Origin: Halorarum halobium
GTDB lineage: Archaea > Halobacteriota > Halobacteria > Halobacteriales > Haloferacaceae
Direction: 5' to 3'
Assembly (NCBI RefSeq): GCF_032116555.1
Contig: NZ_CP134949.1
Span: 1,736,001 to 1,800,000, forward strand
Length of the DNA stretch: 64,000 nucleotides
Program-made: the position numbers and the translations under genes
Notes under the pieces: generated by a model
The model's database searches: none
The model's input: only the letters and a program-made list of their open reading frames with translations
What the model was told of the DNA's origin: nothing
Part shown: one piece after another, positions 36,111 to 45,116 of the stretch
How the letters are laid out: each line of letters starts with the position of its first letter
Numbering within the stretch: position 1 is the stretch's first letter

Positions 36111-37262
36111 ATGGCCGGCGAGACGCGGACCCCGCGCGTGGGTGGACTGCGGAGTCGGGTCTCGTGGATCGACGGGCCGCTCGTCACCGTCATCCTCGCG
36201 AGCCTCGGCGTGATCTTCGTCTCCGGCCTGATTCAGGTGAGCTTCGGCGATTACACGATGACGCTCCCGACGACGTGGCGGGCGGTGTTCGACCCGGTCG
36301 TCTGGACGAATCCGCAACTGTTCCTCCGCCTGTTTCTCGGTGAGGGGCTCGGGACCGACGTGGCTCGCACGCTCGGCATCTCGACCGCGGAGGTCTCGCT
36401 GTCACGCGAATCACTGGTCGTCTGGCGGATCAGGATGCCCCGCGTCATCGTCGCGATGTTCGTCGGCGCGAACCTCGCCGTCTCGGGGGCGGTCTTCCAG
36501 GCGGTCACGCGAAACGAACTCGCCTCCCCGTACATCCTCGGCGTCTCCTCGGGCGCGGGGCTGGCCATCCTGCTCACGCTCGTGGTGTACACCGGCCTCT
36601 CACAGCTCCTCCCCGTCATCGCCGCGCTCGGCGGCGCTGCCGCGTTCCTCCTCGTGTACGCGATCGCCTGGCAGGGAGGAACCAGCCCGGTCAGGCTCGT
36701 GCTCGCCGGCGTCATCGTCAGCACGGTGTTCCAGTCGCTCCAGACTGGGCTGTTCCTCGTCGCCGACGACCTCGGCGTCGTCCAGACTGCCATCGCGTGG
36801 ACGACCGGCTCGCTGACCGGCGTCAACTGGGAGGAGGTCCGGACCGCGTTCCCGTGGACGATCCTCGCGCTGACCCTCTCGCTGATCGGGTCGCGGCAGT
36901 TGAACATCCTGCTGCTGGGTGAACGAACCGCCCGGTCGCTCGGGATGCGGGTCGAACGGACCAGGTTTCTCCTCTCGGGGGTCGCCATCCTGGCGGCCGC
37001 GACCGCCATCGCGGTCGGCGGCATCATCAGCTTCGCGGGACTCATCGTCCCGCACATGGTACGGCAGCTCGTCGGCAGCGACTACAAGCGCCTCATGGTC
37101 GGCTGCCTGTTCGTCGGGCCGGCGCTGTTGACCGTCGCGGACGTCGGTGCGAGGCTCGGCCTGCCGTCCGGACAGGTGCCGGTCGGCATCGTCACGGGGC
37201 TCATCGGCGGGCCGTACTTCCTGTATCTGATGCGCCGCAAGAGCGCGCTGGGGGACCTATGA
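36111..37262 (+). CDS. FecCD-family iron ABC permease
   Basis: RMPRV, RNELASPYILGVSSGA, ARSLG, GLIVPH, GGPYF. Confidence 0.93.
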   Translation: MAGETRTPRVGGLRSRVSWIDGPLVTVILASLGVIFVSGLIQVSFGDYTMTLPTTWRAVFDPVVWTNPQLFLRLFLGEGLGTDVARTLGISTAEVSLSRESLVVWRIRMPRVIVAMFVGANLAVSGAVFQAVTRNELASPYILGVSSGAGLAILLTLVVYTGLSQLLPVIAALGGAAAFLLVYAIAWQGGTSPVRLVLAGVIVSTVFQSLQTGLFLVADDLGVVQTAIAWTTGSLTGVNWEEVRTAFPWTILALTLSLIGSRQLNILLLGERTARSLGMRVERTRFLLSGVAILAAATAIAVGGIISFAGLIVPHMVRQLVGSDYKRLMVGCLFVGPALLTVADVGARLGLPSGQVPVGIVTGLIGGPYFLYLMRRKSALGDL

Positions 37263-38164
37263 GCTCGTTCGACGACGCGGAGCCGGACGCGACGTCCGGC
37301 GGAGCCGAGGAGACGAGCGACGTGGCGGCCGGTCGGGCCGGGGACTCGGCGGCCGGACCCGCCGACGACAGCCCGGAGCTGTTCGTGGACGACGTCGCGC
37401 TCTCCTACGGCGACGGCGAGCCCGTCGTCGAGGCCGAGACGCTGGTCGTCCCGGCCGGCGAGGTGACGGCGCTGGTCGGTCCCAACGGCAGCGGGAAGTC
37501 GACGCTGTTGCGCTCGATGGCCGCGGAGATGGGTCCCGACAGGGGCTCGGTGCTGCTCGACGGCACCGACGTCCAGTCGTACGACGCAAAGCAGCTCGCC
37601 AGGGAACTCGGAATGTTGTCCCAGGAGAACGTCGCGCCCGACTCGACGACGGTCCGCGAGCTGGCGATGCACGGTCGCTACCCGCACCGCGGGTTCTTCG
37701 AGCCCGTCGGCGACGAGGACAAGCGGGCGGTGGACCGCGCGCTGTCGCTCGTGGGCGTCGAGGACCTGGCCGGGCGGCCGGTCGGCGACCTCTCGGGCGG
37801 ACAAAAGCAGCTCGCCTGGCTCTCGATGGTGCTCGCCCAGGAGACGGACGTGCTGTTGCTCGACGAGCCGACGACGTATCTCGACCTCCACCACCAGCTT
37901 CGGGTGCTCGACGCGGTCACGCAGCTCAACGCCGAACGAGGCGTGACCGTCGCGGTCGTGCTCCACGACATCGGCCAGGCGGCCCGCTTCGCGGACAACC
38001 TCGTCGCGCTCAAGGACGGCGAGCCGTTCGACTGGGGACCGCCCGACGAGGTGGTGACGGGCGAACTGGTTCGCGAGGTGTTCGGCGTCGAAGCCGACGT
38101 CGGCTTCGGCCCGGACGGCCCGACCGTGACGCCGCGGCGCGCGCTCGACGAGGAGTCGGACTGA
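37259..38164 (+). CDS. Iron-siderophore ABC ATP-binding protein
   Basis: GPNGSGKST, LSGGQKQ, LLLDEPTTYLD, VLHD. Confidence 0.93.
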   Translation: MSSFDDAEPDATSGGAEETSDVAAGRAGDSAAGPADDSPELFVDDVALSYGDGEPVVEAETLVVPAGEVTALVGPNGSGKSTLLRSMAAEMGPDRGSVLLDGTDVQSYDAKQLARELGMLSQENVAPDSTTVRELAMHGRYPHRGFFEPVGDEDKRAVDRALSLVGVEDLAGRPVGDLSGGQKQLAWLSMVLAQETDVLLLDEPTTYLDLHHQLRVLDAVTQLNAERGVTVAVVLHDIGQAARFADNLVALKDGEPFDWGPPDEVVTGELVREVFGVEADVGFGPDGPTVTPRRALDEESD

Positions 38165-38294
38165 GCGGTCGGAGGGCCTCCCTGCACGAGTGTCGAGTCA
38201 CCGCTTCGACGATGAGGCTCGCGGACCGTTCGCCCGCCGGCGAACCCGAACCCGGGAGACATAAGGCGGTCCGTCGGGTTTCGATTCGTAACGA

Positions 38295-40322
38295 ATGAGC
38301 GGAGCGGAGGAGAGCGTCTTCGACGTCTACCGGGACCGCGTCGAGCGGCCGCTCTACCGACTGTTTACGGAGTACGGCACGCGGGAGTGGCGCTGGCTGG
38401 TGCTCGGGATGACCGCGAACGTCATCGCTCGGGCGGCGAGCCTGCTCCCGCCGGTCGTGCTCGGCGCGGCCATCGACAGCGCGTTCGACGGCGACGCCCC
38501 CTACTCGTTGCCGCTGATCCCGGCCTCGCTGCTGCCGACGGCCGCGCCGGACCCGGTGCAGTTCCGGTTCTCCGCGGCGGTCATCGTCGGGGCGTTCGTC
38601 GTGACCGCGGTCCTGACGTGGGTGTACGGCGTTGCCGCGAACAACTTCGCCCACAGCGTGATGCACGCGGTCAGGACCGACTCGTACGCGAAGATGCAGG
38701 ACCTGGACATGTGGTTCTTCGACGACAAGCAGACGGGCGAGGTGATGTCGGTGCTCAACAACGACGCGACGAACCTCGAGCGGTTCCTCGACGACGCGCT
38801 CCAGAACTCGGTCCGCATCGGCGTCATGCTGCTGGGCATCGGCGTCGTGCTGTTCCTCGAGAACGCACAGCTGGCGTTTCTCACCCTCGTCGCCGTCCCC
38901 GCAATGGTCGGCTTTACCTACTGGTTCATGAAAGCTGTCGAGCCGCGTTACGCCGCCCAGCGGGAGGCGGTCGCGGACCTGAACACCCGGCTGGAGAACG
39001 CGCTGGGCGGCATCCAGCTCGTGAAGACCTCGGGGACGGAGGAGTACGAGACGGGGCGGGTCCGGCGGACCTCCCACGCGTACTACCGGAAGACGCTCGC
39101 CATGCTCCGGCTCAACTACATCTACCGGCCGGGCATGGAGCTGCTCGCGGGCGTTTCTTTCGCCGTGACGTTCGTGGTCGGCGGGCTCTGGCTCATCGAC
39201 GGCACCGCCCCCGGCCCGCTCACCGGCGAACTCTCCTCGGGGGCGTTCGTCACGTTCATCCTGCTCTCCCAGCGCTTCGTCACGCCGCTCTCGGAGGTCT
39301 CGAACATCGTCTCCCAGTACGAGAACGCGAAGGCCTCCTGCGAGCGCGTGTTCGGGCTCCAGGACATCCCCCGGCGGGTGACCGACGAGCCCGGCGCCAT
39401 CGAACTCGACGACGTCGACGGCGCGGTCGAGTACGACGACGTCTCCTTCCGTTACGCCCAGGGCGACCCGGATGCCGCTGGGGGCGACGCGGACGGCGGT
39501 CACCCCGTCCCCGACTCCGCCAACCTGATCCTCGACGGGATCGACTTCTCCGTCGAGCCGGGCGAGACGGTCGCGCTCGTCGGCCCGACCGGCGCGGGCA
39601 AGTCCACGCTGCTGAAACTCCTGCTCAGGCTGTACGACGTGGACGAGGGGGCGGTCCGGATCGACGGCCACGACGTCCGCGAGGTGACCGCCAGGAGCCT
39701 CCGGCGGTCGATCGGCTACGTCAGCCAGGACACGGTCCTCTTCGACGGCACCGTCGCGGAGAACATCCGCTACGGGCGGTTCGACGTCGACGTGGCCCGA
39801 GGCGACGGGGGCGACGGCGACGACGAGGTACACGAGGACATCGTCGAGGCCGCCGAGGCCGCCGAGGCCCACGAGTTCATCACCAACCTCCCGGACGGCT
39901 ACGGGACTGGCATCGGCGAGCGCGGCGTGAAGCTCTCGGGCGGGCAGCGCCAGCGGCTCTCCATCGCCCGCACGGTGCTCCAGGACCCCGACATCCTGGT
40001 GCTCGACGAGGCGACGTCGGCGGTCGACACGGAGACGGAGATGCTCATCCAGCGCTCGCTCGACAGGCTCGCGGCCGACCGCACGACGTTCCTCATCGCC
40101 CACCGGCTCTCGACGGTGAAGGACGCCGACGAGATCCTCGTGCTGGAGGGCGGCGAGGTCGTCGAGCGCGGCGGCCACGAGGAACTGCTCGAGGCTGACG
40201 GCCTGTACGCCAAGCTCTGGGGCGTCCAGGCCGGCGAGATCGAATCGCTGCCCGAGGAGTTCGTCGAGCGCGCCAGGCGGAGACAGGCCGAAACCGTGCT
40301 GTCCACGGAGGACGGCGAGTAG
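38295..40322 (+). CDS. Fused ABC transporter (TMD+NBD, exporter fold)
   Basis: Six-TM N-terminal domain; GPTGAGKST, LSGGQRQR, LDEATS, IAHRLST. Confidence 0.92.
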   Translation: MSGAEESVFDVYRDRVERPLYRLFTEYGTREWRWLVLGMTANVIARAASLLPPVVLGAAIDSAFDGDAPYSLPLIPASLLPTAAPDPVQFRFSAAVIVGAFVVTAVLTWVYGVAANNFAHSVMHAVRTDSYAKMQDLDMWFFDDKQTGEVMSVLNNDATNLERFLDDALQNSVRIGVMLLGIGVVLFLENAQLAFLTLVAVPAMVGFTYWFMKAVEPRYAAQREAVADLNTRLENALGGIQLVKTSGTEEYETGRVRRTSHAYYRKTLAMLRLNYIYRPGMELLAGVSFAVTFVVGGLWLIDGTAPGPLTGELSSGAFVTFILLSQRFVTPLSEVSNIVSQYENAKASCERVFGLQDIPRRVTDEPGAIELDDVDGAVEYDDVSFRYAQGDPDAAGGDADGGHPVPDSANLILDGIDFSVEPGETVALVGPTGAGKSTLLKLLLRLYDVDEGAVRIDGHDVREVTARSLRRSIGYVSQDTVLFDGTVAENIRYGRFDVDVARGDGGDGDDEVHEDIVEAAEAAEAHEFITNLPDGYGTGIGERGVKLSGGQRQRLSIARTVLQDPDILVLDEATSAVDTETEMLIQRSLDRLAADRTTFLIAHRLSTVKDADEILVLEGGEVVERGGHEELLEADGLYAKLWGVQAGEIESLPEEFVERARRRQAETVLSTEDGE

Positions 40323-40395
40323 CCCGTTCCGACGGCCCACGACGAGCGCAGCGTGTGCCCCCGCGCTTTTCCTGTTTCCGGACGACCGATCCGAC

Positions 40396-41184
40396 GTGAC
40401 GGTCGCGCCTGACCCGTCGGAGATCTACGAGCGCGCGGTGGCGGAGGGCGACCGCCGACTCGGCCAGTCGACGCTCGAACTCGCGTCGACCGGGTTCATC
40501 GCCGGCTTCACGGTCGTCTTCGGCATCGTCGCGCTCGGCATCGTCGAGGGGATCCTCGAACCCGCCATCGGCGACGTCGCCACGATCGCCGGAGCGCTCG
40601 CCTTCGGTCCGGGGGTCGTGTTTCTGGTCGTCGGGCGCGCCGAACTGTTCAACGAGAACTTCTTCGACCCGGTCGCGAGCGCGGTCGAGGCGTCCGGGAC
40701 ATGGCTGGTCGGGCCGCTGGTCCGCCTCTGGACGGTGACGTTCGCGTTCAACCTCGCCGGCGGCGCGCTCGTGATCGGGGTGTTCTCCGTGGAGGGGGCG
40801 CTCCCGCCCGGGACCGGCGAGGCGTTCGTCCGGGCCGCCGAGGAGATCGTCCACCGTCGGACGCCGGCGAAGTTCGCGGACGCGTTCGCGGGCGGCGTCC
40901 TGGTGACCCTGCTCTCGTTCCTGCTGCACGCGGCCAACGCCGTCGGGACGCGAGCGTTCCTCGCGTACCTGGTCGGCTTCCTGCTGGCGCTGGGAGCGTT
41001 CGACCACGTCGTGGTGACCATGCTCCACGTGCTGTTCGGGGTCGTCTTCGGGGCCGGGATCGGCCTCGCGGGCGTGGCGACGACGACCGCGGTCGTCACG
41101 TTCGGAAACCTCGTCGGGGGGCTCGGGCTGGTGACGCTCACCCACGTCGCGCAGGCGAAGGGGGCCGAGGACTCCGACGGTTGA
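40396..41184 (+). CDS. Formate/nitrite transporter family protein
   Basis: AELFNEN, FNLAGG, FDHVVV, GNLVGG motifs. Confidence 0.85.
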   Translation: MTVAPDPSEIYERAVAEGDRRLGQSTLELASTGFIAGFTVVFGIVALGIVEGILEPAIGDVATIAGALAFGPGVVFLVVGRAELFNENFFDPVASAVEASGTWLVGPLVRLWTVTFAFNLAGGALVIGVFSVEGALPPGTGEAFVRAAEEIVHRRTPAKFADAFAGGVLVTLLSFLLHAANAVGTRAFLAYLVGFLLALGAFDHVVVTMLHVLFGVVFGAGIGLAGVATTTAVVTFGNLVGGLGLVTLTHVAQAKGAEDSDG

Positions 41185-41185
41185 C

Positions 41186-41473
41186 TCAGACGTCCTCGAC
41201 GATCTCGCCCATCCGCTCGACCGGGATGGCTCGCATCGTCTCCGTGTCCAGCCCGTGACGCTCGATGACGATCGCGATCTGCATGGCCGCGTCCTCGTCA
41301 TCGACCTGGAACGTGACGAGGAAGTCGTAGCCACCCATGAGCGCGTAGCTCTCGAGCAGTTCCCCGCCGAGCCGTTCGACGTCCTCCCGGATCTCGCCCC
41401 AGATGCTCACCAGCTCCTGCGGGTTCTGGAACTCCCGTTCGTCGACGTTCGCGAGGACCGTGTACGTCGCCAT
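41186..41473 (-). CDS. GYD-domain protein
   Basis: 95 aa; LGGELLESYALMGGYD and TETMRA. Confidence 0.8.
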   Translation of the reverse strand: MATYTVLANVDEREFQNPQELVSIWGEIREDVERLGGELLESYALMGGYDFLVTFQVDDEDAAMQIAIVIERHGLDTETMRAIPVERMGEIVEDV

Positions 41474-41583
41474 GGCCCGACGTTCGGGTCCCGGTCCCAA
41501 ATGCCTTCTTGCGCCCCGGTTCCGTCCACGACGCCGCTCGCGGGAACCACGACGCTCAAGCCGGAGGGGCGGGACTACCCCGC

Positions 41584-42378
41584 ATGACGGAGACGGCACT
41601 CGAGACCGACGCGGAGTACGACGTGCTCGTCGCCGGCGGCGGCGTCGCGGGGCTGACCGCGGCGACGTACACGGCGCGGGCGGGCCTCCGAACGCTCGTC
41701 GTCGCCGACGGTGAGTCGATCCTCGGGCGCAACGCCCACCTGGAGAACGTCCCGGGTTTTCCCGCCGGCGTGAACCCGCGCCTCTTTGCCGACATGCTCC
41801 GCGAGCAGGCCGAGCGGAACGGCGCGGAGCGCGTGGCGGGCCGGGTCGAGGAACTAGCGGGCGTCGAGGACGAGTTCCGGGCCGATCTGGCGGACGGCGG
41901 GACGGTCACCGCCGCCCGCGTCGTCGCGGCGTCGTGGTCGGATGCCGACTACCTCGACGCGCTCGACGTGGCGGTCAGGGACGCCGGCAGCAAACGCTAC
42001 GTCGAGGTGGACGACTCGGGGCGAACGTCGGTCTCCGGGGTCTACGCCGCCGGGCGGCTCGCCGAGAAATACCACCAGACGGCCGTCGCCGCGGGCCACG
42101 GTGCCGAAACCGCCATCACGCTGGTCCACGACGCGGACGTGCCGTTCTACCACGACTGGGTCGTGCCGGAGGGCTACTTCACCGACCGCGGGCGGGAGGT
42201 CCCGCCGGGCTGTGAGGAGATCGACGCGGGAGAGCAGGCCCGCCGACAGGCCGAATCCAGGGGGACGATGCGCGAGTACTTCGCGGAGCCCCACGCGGAC
42301 CGCCAGCGCACCCACCCGAGCCTCGTCGACGACGACCGCGGCCGCGTCGACCCCGACTGGGAGTCGGACGACGACTGA
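41584..42378 (+). CDS. Short TrxB-like FAD-dependent oxidoreductase
   Basis: GGGVAGLTAA, ENVPGFP, TSVSGVYAAG; lacks the central CxxC/NADPH domain. Confidence 0.8.
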   Translation: MTETALETDAEYDVLVAGGGVAGLTAATYTARAGLRTLVVADGESILGRNAHLENVPGFPAGVNPRLFADMLREQAERNGAERVAGRVEELAGVEDEFRADLADGGTVTAARVVAASWSDADYLDALDVAVRDAGSKRYVEVDDSGRTSVSGVYAAGRLAEKYHQTAVAAGHGAETAITLVHDADVPFYHDWVVPEGYFTDRGREVPPGCEEIDAGEQARRQAESRGTMREYFAEPHADRQRTHPSLVDDDRGRVDPDWESDDD

Positions 42379-42644
42379 TCGTCCGCCCCACATCGTCGAC
42401 CCATCCAACCGCCTCGGCGACGCACCGATCCCCCGACGGAACGCGCTCCACTGACCAACCGCCGGGCGACGCTTCTCCGGCCAACCGCTGGACGGCGATT
42501 GCCCGACTAGCCCTCGGGTGGGACTGAAAGGGGCCGCGGGGGCTTTCGCGGTCCGCACTACGATACCGACCACGCAGAAACCACCACCGACCTGGACTCG
42601 GTGGACAACAACGATTTATCACCCGGTCGGGAGAACACCGCACC

Positions 42645-43823
42645 ATGACCGACCTCCTCGCGGACACGAACGTCGCGCTCGGCGTCTCCGGGAGCATCGC
42701 GGCGGTGCGCGTCGTGGAACTCGCCCACGAGCTCCGCCGGCACGGGGCCTCGGTCCGGGCGGTGATGTCCGAGGCGTCCCGCGGTATCCTCCACCCGTGG
42801 GCCGTCGAGTTCGCCACCGAGCACGAGGTGGTCACCGAGATCACTGGCGGGGTCGAACACGTCGAGCTCTGCGGCCGGGACGGCTGGGCGGACGTGCTGT
42901 TGCTCGCGCCGGCGACCGCGAACACCGTCGGGAAGGTGGCCGCCGCGGTCGACGACACGCCGGTCACGACCTGTGCGACGACCGCGCTGGGTGCCGGACT
43001 CCCGGTCGTCGTCGCGCCGGCGATGCACGAGCCGATGTACGACCATCCCGGCGTGCTCGAGGCCATCGAGCGCGTCGAATCGTGGGGCGCCGACTTCGTC
43101 GACCCCCGCGTCGAGGAGGGGAAGGCGAAGATCGCGACCGAGGAAGCGATCGTCACCCAGACGGCGCGCGCGGCCGGGAACCGGCCGCTGGCGGGCCGGC
43201 ACGTCGTCGTCACCTCGGGGGCGACGACCGAGCAGGTGGACCCGATCCGCGTGCTGACGAACCGATCCTCGGGTCGGACCGGCCGCGCCGCCGCACGCGC
43301 CTGCTACGCCCGCGGCGCTGACGTGACCCTCGTCCACGACGGCGACGAGGTGCCGTACGTCGACGTGATCGCGGTCGAGACCGGCGAAGAGATGACCGAC
43401 GCGACCGTCGCGGCCTGCGAGGACGCGGACGCGCTCGTCTCCGCCGCGGCCATCTCGGATTACACGGTCGAGGGGGTCGACGAGAAGATCCGGTCGGGAA
43501 AGGAGTCGCTCACGCTCGATCTGGTTCCCACGCCGAAGCTCATCGATGCCGTGCGCGAGACGTACCCCGACCTCGCCGTCGTCGGGTTCAAGGCGGAGTC
43601 CGAGGGCGACGACGACGCGCTGGTCGGGAGGGCACGGGAGCTCCTCGACCGCGCGATGCTGTCCTTCGTCGTCGCCAACGACGCCTCCGTGATGGGCGCG
43701 GACGCGACGCGGGCGCTCGTCGTTCGGGCGGACGAAGTCTCCGCGTTCGAGGGCTCGAAGCTCGGGCTCGGGCTCAGAATCGCCGACGAACTGGCGGAAG
43801 AGTTCGGGACCGTCGGCGAGTGA
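42645..43823 (+). CDS. coaBC: Bifunctional phosphopantothenoylcysteine decarboxylase/synthetase
   Basis: GVSGSIAA, APATANT, PAMHEPMY, DPIRVLTNRSSG, AAAISD, GFKAE, VAND. Confidence 0.95.
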   Translation: MTDLLADTNVALGVSGSIAAVRVVELAHELRRHGASVRAVMSEASRGILHPWAVEFATEHEVVTEITGGVEHVELCGRDGWADVLLLAPATANTVGKVAAAVDDTPVTTCATTALGAGLPVVVAPAMHEPMYDHPGVLEAIERVESWGADFVDPRVEEGKAKIATEEAIVTQTARAAGNRPLAGRHVVVTSGATTEQVDPIRVLTNRSSGRTGRAAARACYARGADVTLVHDGDEVPYVDVIAVETGEEMTDATVAACEDADALVSAAAISDYTVEGVDEKIRSGKESLTLDLVPTPKLIDAVRETYPDLAVVGFKAESEGDDDALVGRARELLDRAMLSFVVANDASVMGADATRALVVRADEVSAFEGSKLGLGLRIADELAEEFGTVGE

Positions 43824-43883
43824 CCCGTCTGTGAACGGACTCGGACTCGGACTCGTCGGGAGAAGGCTGCCGAGCGGGGACGG

Positions 43884-44273
43884 CTACTCGTTCTCGCCGG
43901 CCCGCTCCGTTTCCGCGCCCGTCCGGCTGGGCCACGTGACCCCCTCCTCGAACTCGACGCCCATCCGCTGGGCGGCCCGCGAGATCATGTGGCTGCCCGT
44001 CGGTGCGGTGAGGAACAGGAACAGGATCGTGACCAGCGCCTTCAGTCCCTGACCGGCCGGGCCGAAGTACACCCAGGCGGCCAGCGCGATGCCGGAGACG
44101 CCCAGCGTCGTCGCCTTCGTGGTGGCGTGGAGCCGGTTGTACACGTTCGGCAGGCGGAACAGGCCGACCGTCCCCACGACGAGGAAGAACGACCCCACGA
44201 GCACTAGCAGGACGACCAGCGCGGCCCCGACCGGTCCGACGGTCGTGCCGGCGGCGGATTCTGCGGCGATCAT
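43884..44273 (-). CDS. mnhG: Mrp/Mnh antiporter subunit G
   Basis: RLPNVYNRLHATTKATTLG, TAPTGSH. Confidence 0.92.
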   Translation of the reverse strand: MIAAESAAGTTVGPVGAALVVLLVLVGSFFLVVGTVGLFRLPNVYNRLHATTKATTLGVSGIALAAWVYFGPAGQGLKALVTILFLFLTAPTGSHMISRAAQRMGVEFEEGVTWPSRTGAETERAGENE

Positions 44274-44560
44274 TCGATGATGTCCCCCTCGGTCACGTAC
44301 CGTGCGACGGTGACCGTGCTGATGAATCCGATGATCGCGAGCACGATGCTCACGTCGAGGAAGAACCCCTGCGCGGACGCCATCGCGTACAGCAGCGCGA
44401 TGGCGACGACGTTCGTCCCGATGACGTCGAGCGCGACGACCCTGTCTGGCGTCGTCGGCCCGGTGATGACGCGGTAGCCCACCGCGAGCGTCGCGGCCGC
44501 CGCGAGCGCGAGCGCACCCGAGAGGAACAGCGGCAGCAGATCGACGAGGGGGCTACTCAT
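44270..44560 (-). CDS. mnhF: Mrp/Mnh antiporter subunit F
   Basis: GPTTPDRVVALD, FISTVTVARY. Confidence 0.92.
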   Translation of the reverse strand: MSSPLVDLLPLFLSGALALAAAATLAVGYRVITGPTTPDRVVALDVIGTNVVAIALLYAMASAQGFFLDVSIVLAIIGFISTVTVARYVTEGDIIE

Positions 44561-45116
44561 CGTCCACCCCGCCGTCGGTCGCCGGGTCGCCGGGGACCGG
44601 ATCGCCCGGGGACAGGTCCTCCCGGAAGATGACCAGCGCGTAGTCCTCCCAGTTCCGGATCGGTCCGAGCACGTCGGCGGCGTCCTCGGCCGAGATGCTG
44701 TGCACGTACAGGGCGTTCGCGTCGGCGTCGTAATCCATCGTCAGGGTACCGGGCGTGAGCGTGATGCTGTTCGCGATCGTCGTCACCGCCGCGTCCGACT
44801 GAACGCGGAGGGGGACCTCCACGACGGCCGGTTCGATCGGCATCGACGGCGAGAGGACGACCCGCGCGACGGCCAGGTTCGCCACGAGCAGTTCCTTCAG
44901 GAACGTCAGCACGTAGAGGGCCGCGTACGGGAGGACCCGGAGCGTTCGGGCAGTCGGCGGTCCAGCGTAGAACCGCCGGAGGGCGAACGCGACGGGGAGG
45001 CTCACCGCGAGGCCGATCAGTCCCTCCTCCGCGATACGCGTCGCCTCGAGTGGCACCCCGCGCACGAACAGCCAGAGCACCGCGAACACGACCGCGTTCA
45101 CCAGCCAGCGCCGCAT
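44553..45116 (-). CDS. mnhE: Mrp/Mnh antiporter subunit E
   Basis: ANSITLTPGT, LYVH. Confidence 0.92.
   Translation of the reverse strand: MRRWLVNAVVFAVLWLFVRGVPLEATRIAEEGLIGLAVSLPVAFALRRFYAGPPTARTLRVLPYAALYVLTFLKELLVANLAVARVVLSPSMPIEPAVVEVPLRVQSDAAVTTIANSITLTPGTLTMDYDADANALYVHSISAEDAADVLGPIRNWEDYALVIFREDLSPGDPVPGDPATDGGVDDE

Noticed and set aside
43837..43854. (ggactc)x3 microsatellite between coaBC and mnhG
   Set aside because: Too short to distinguish from chance slippage; no functional evidence
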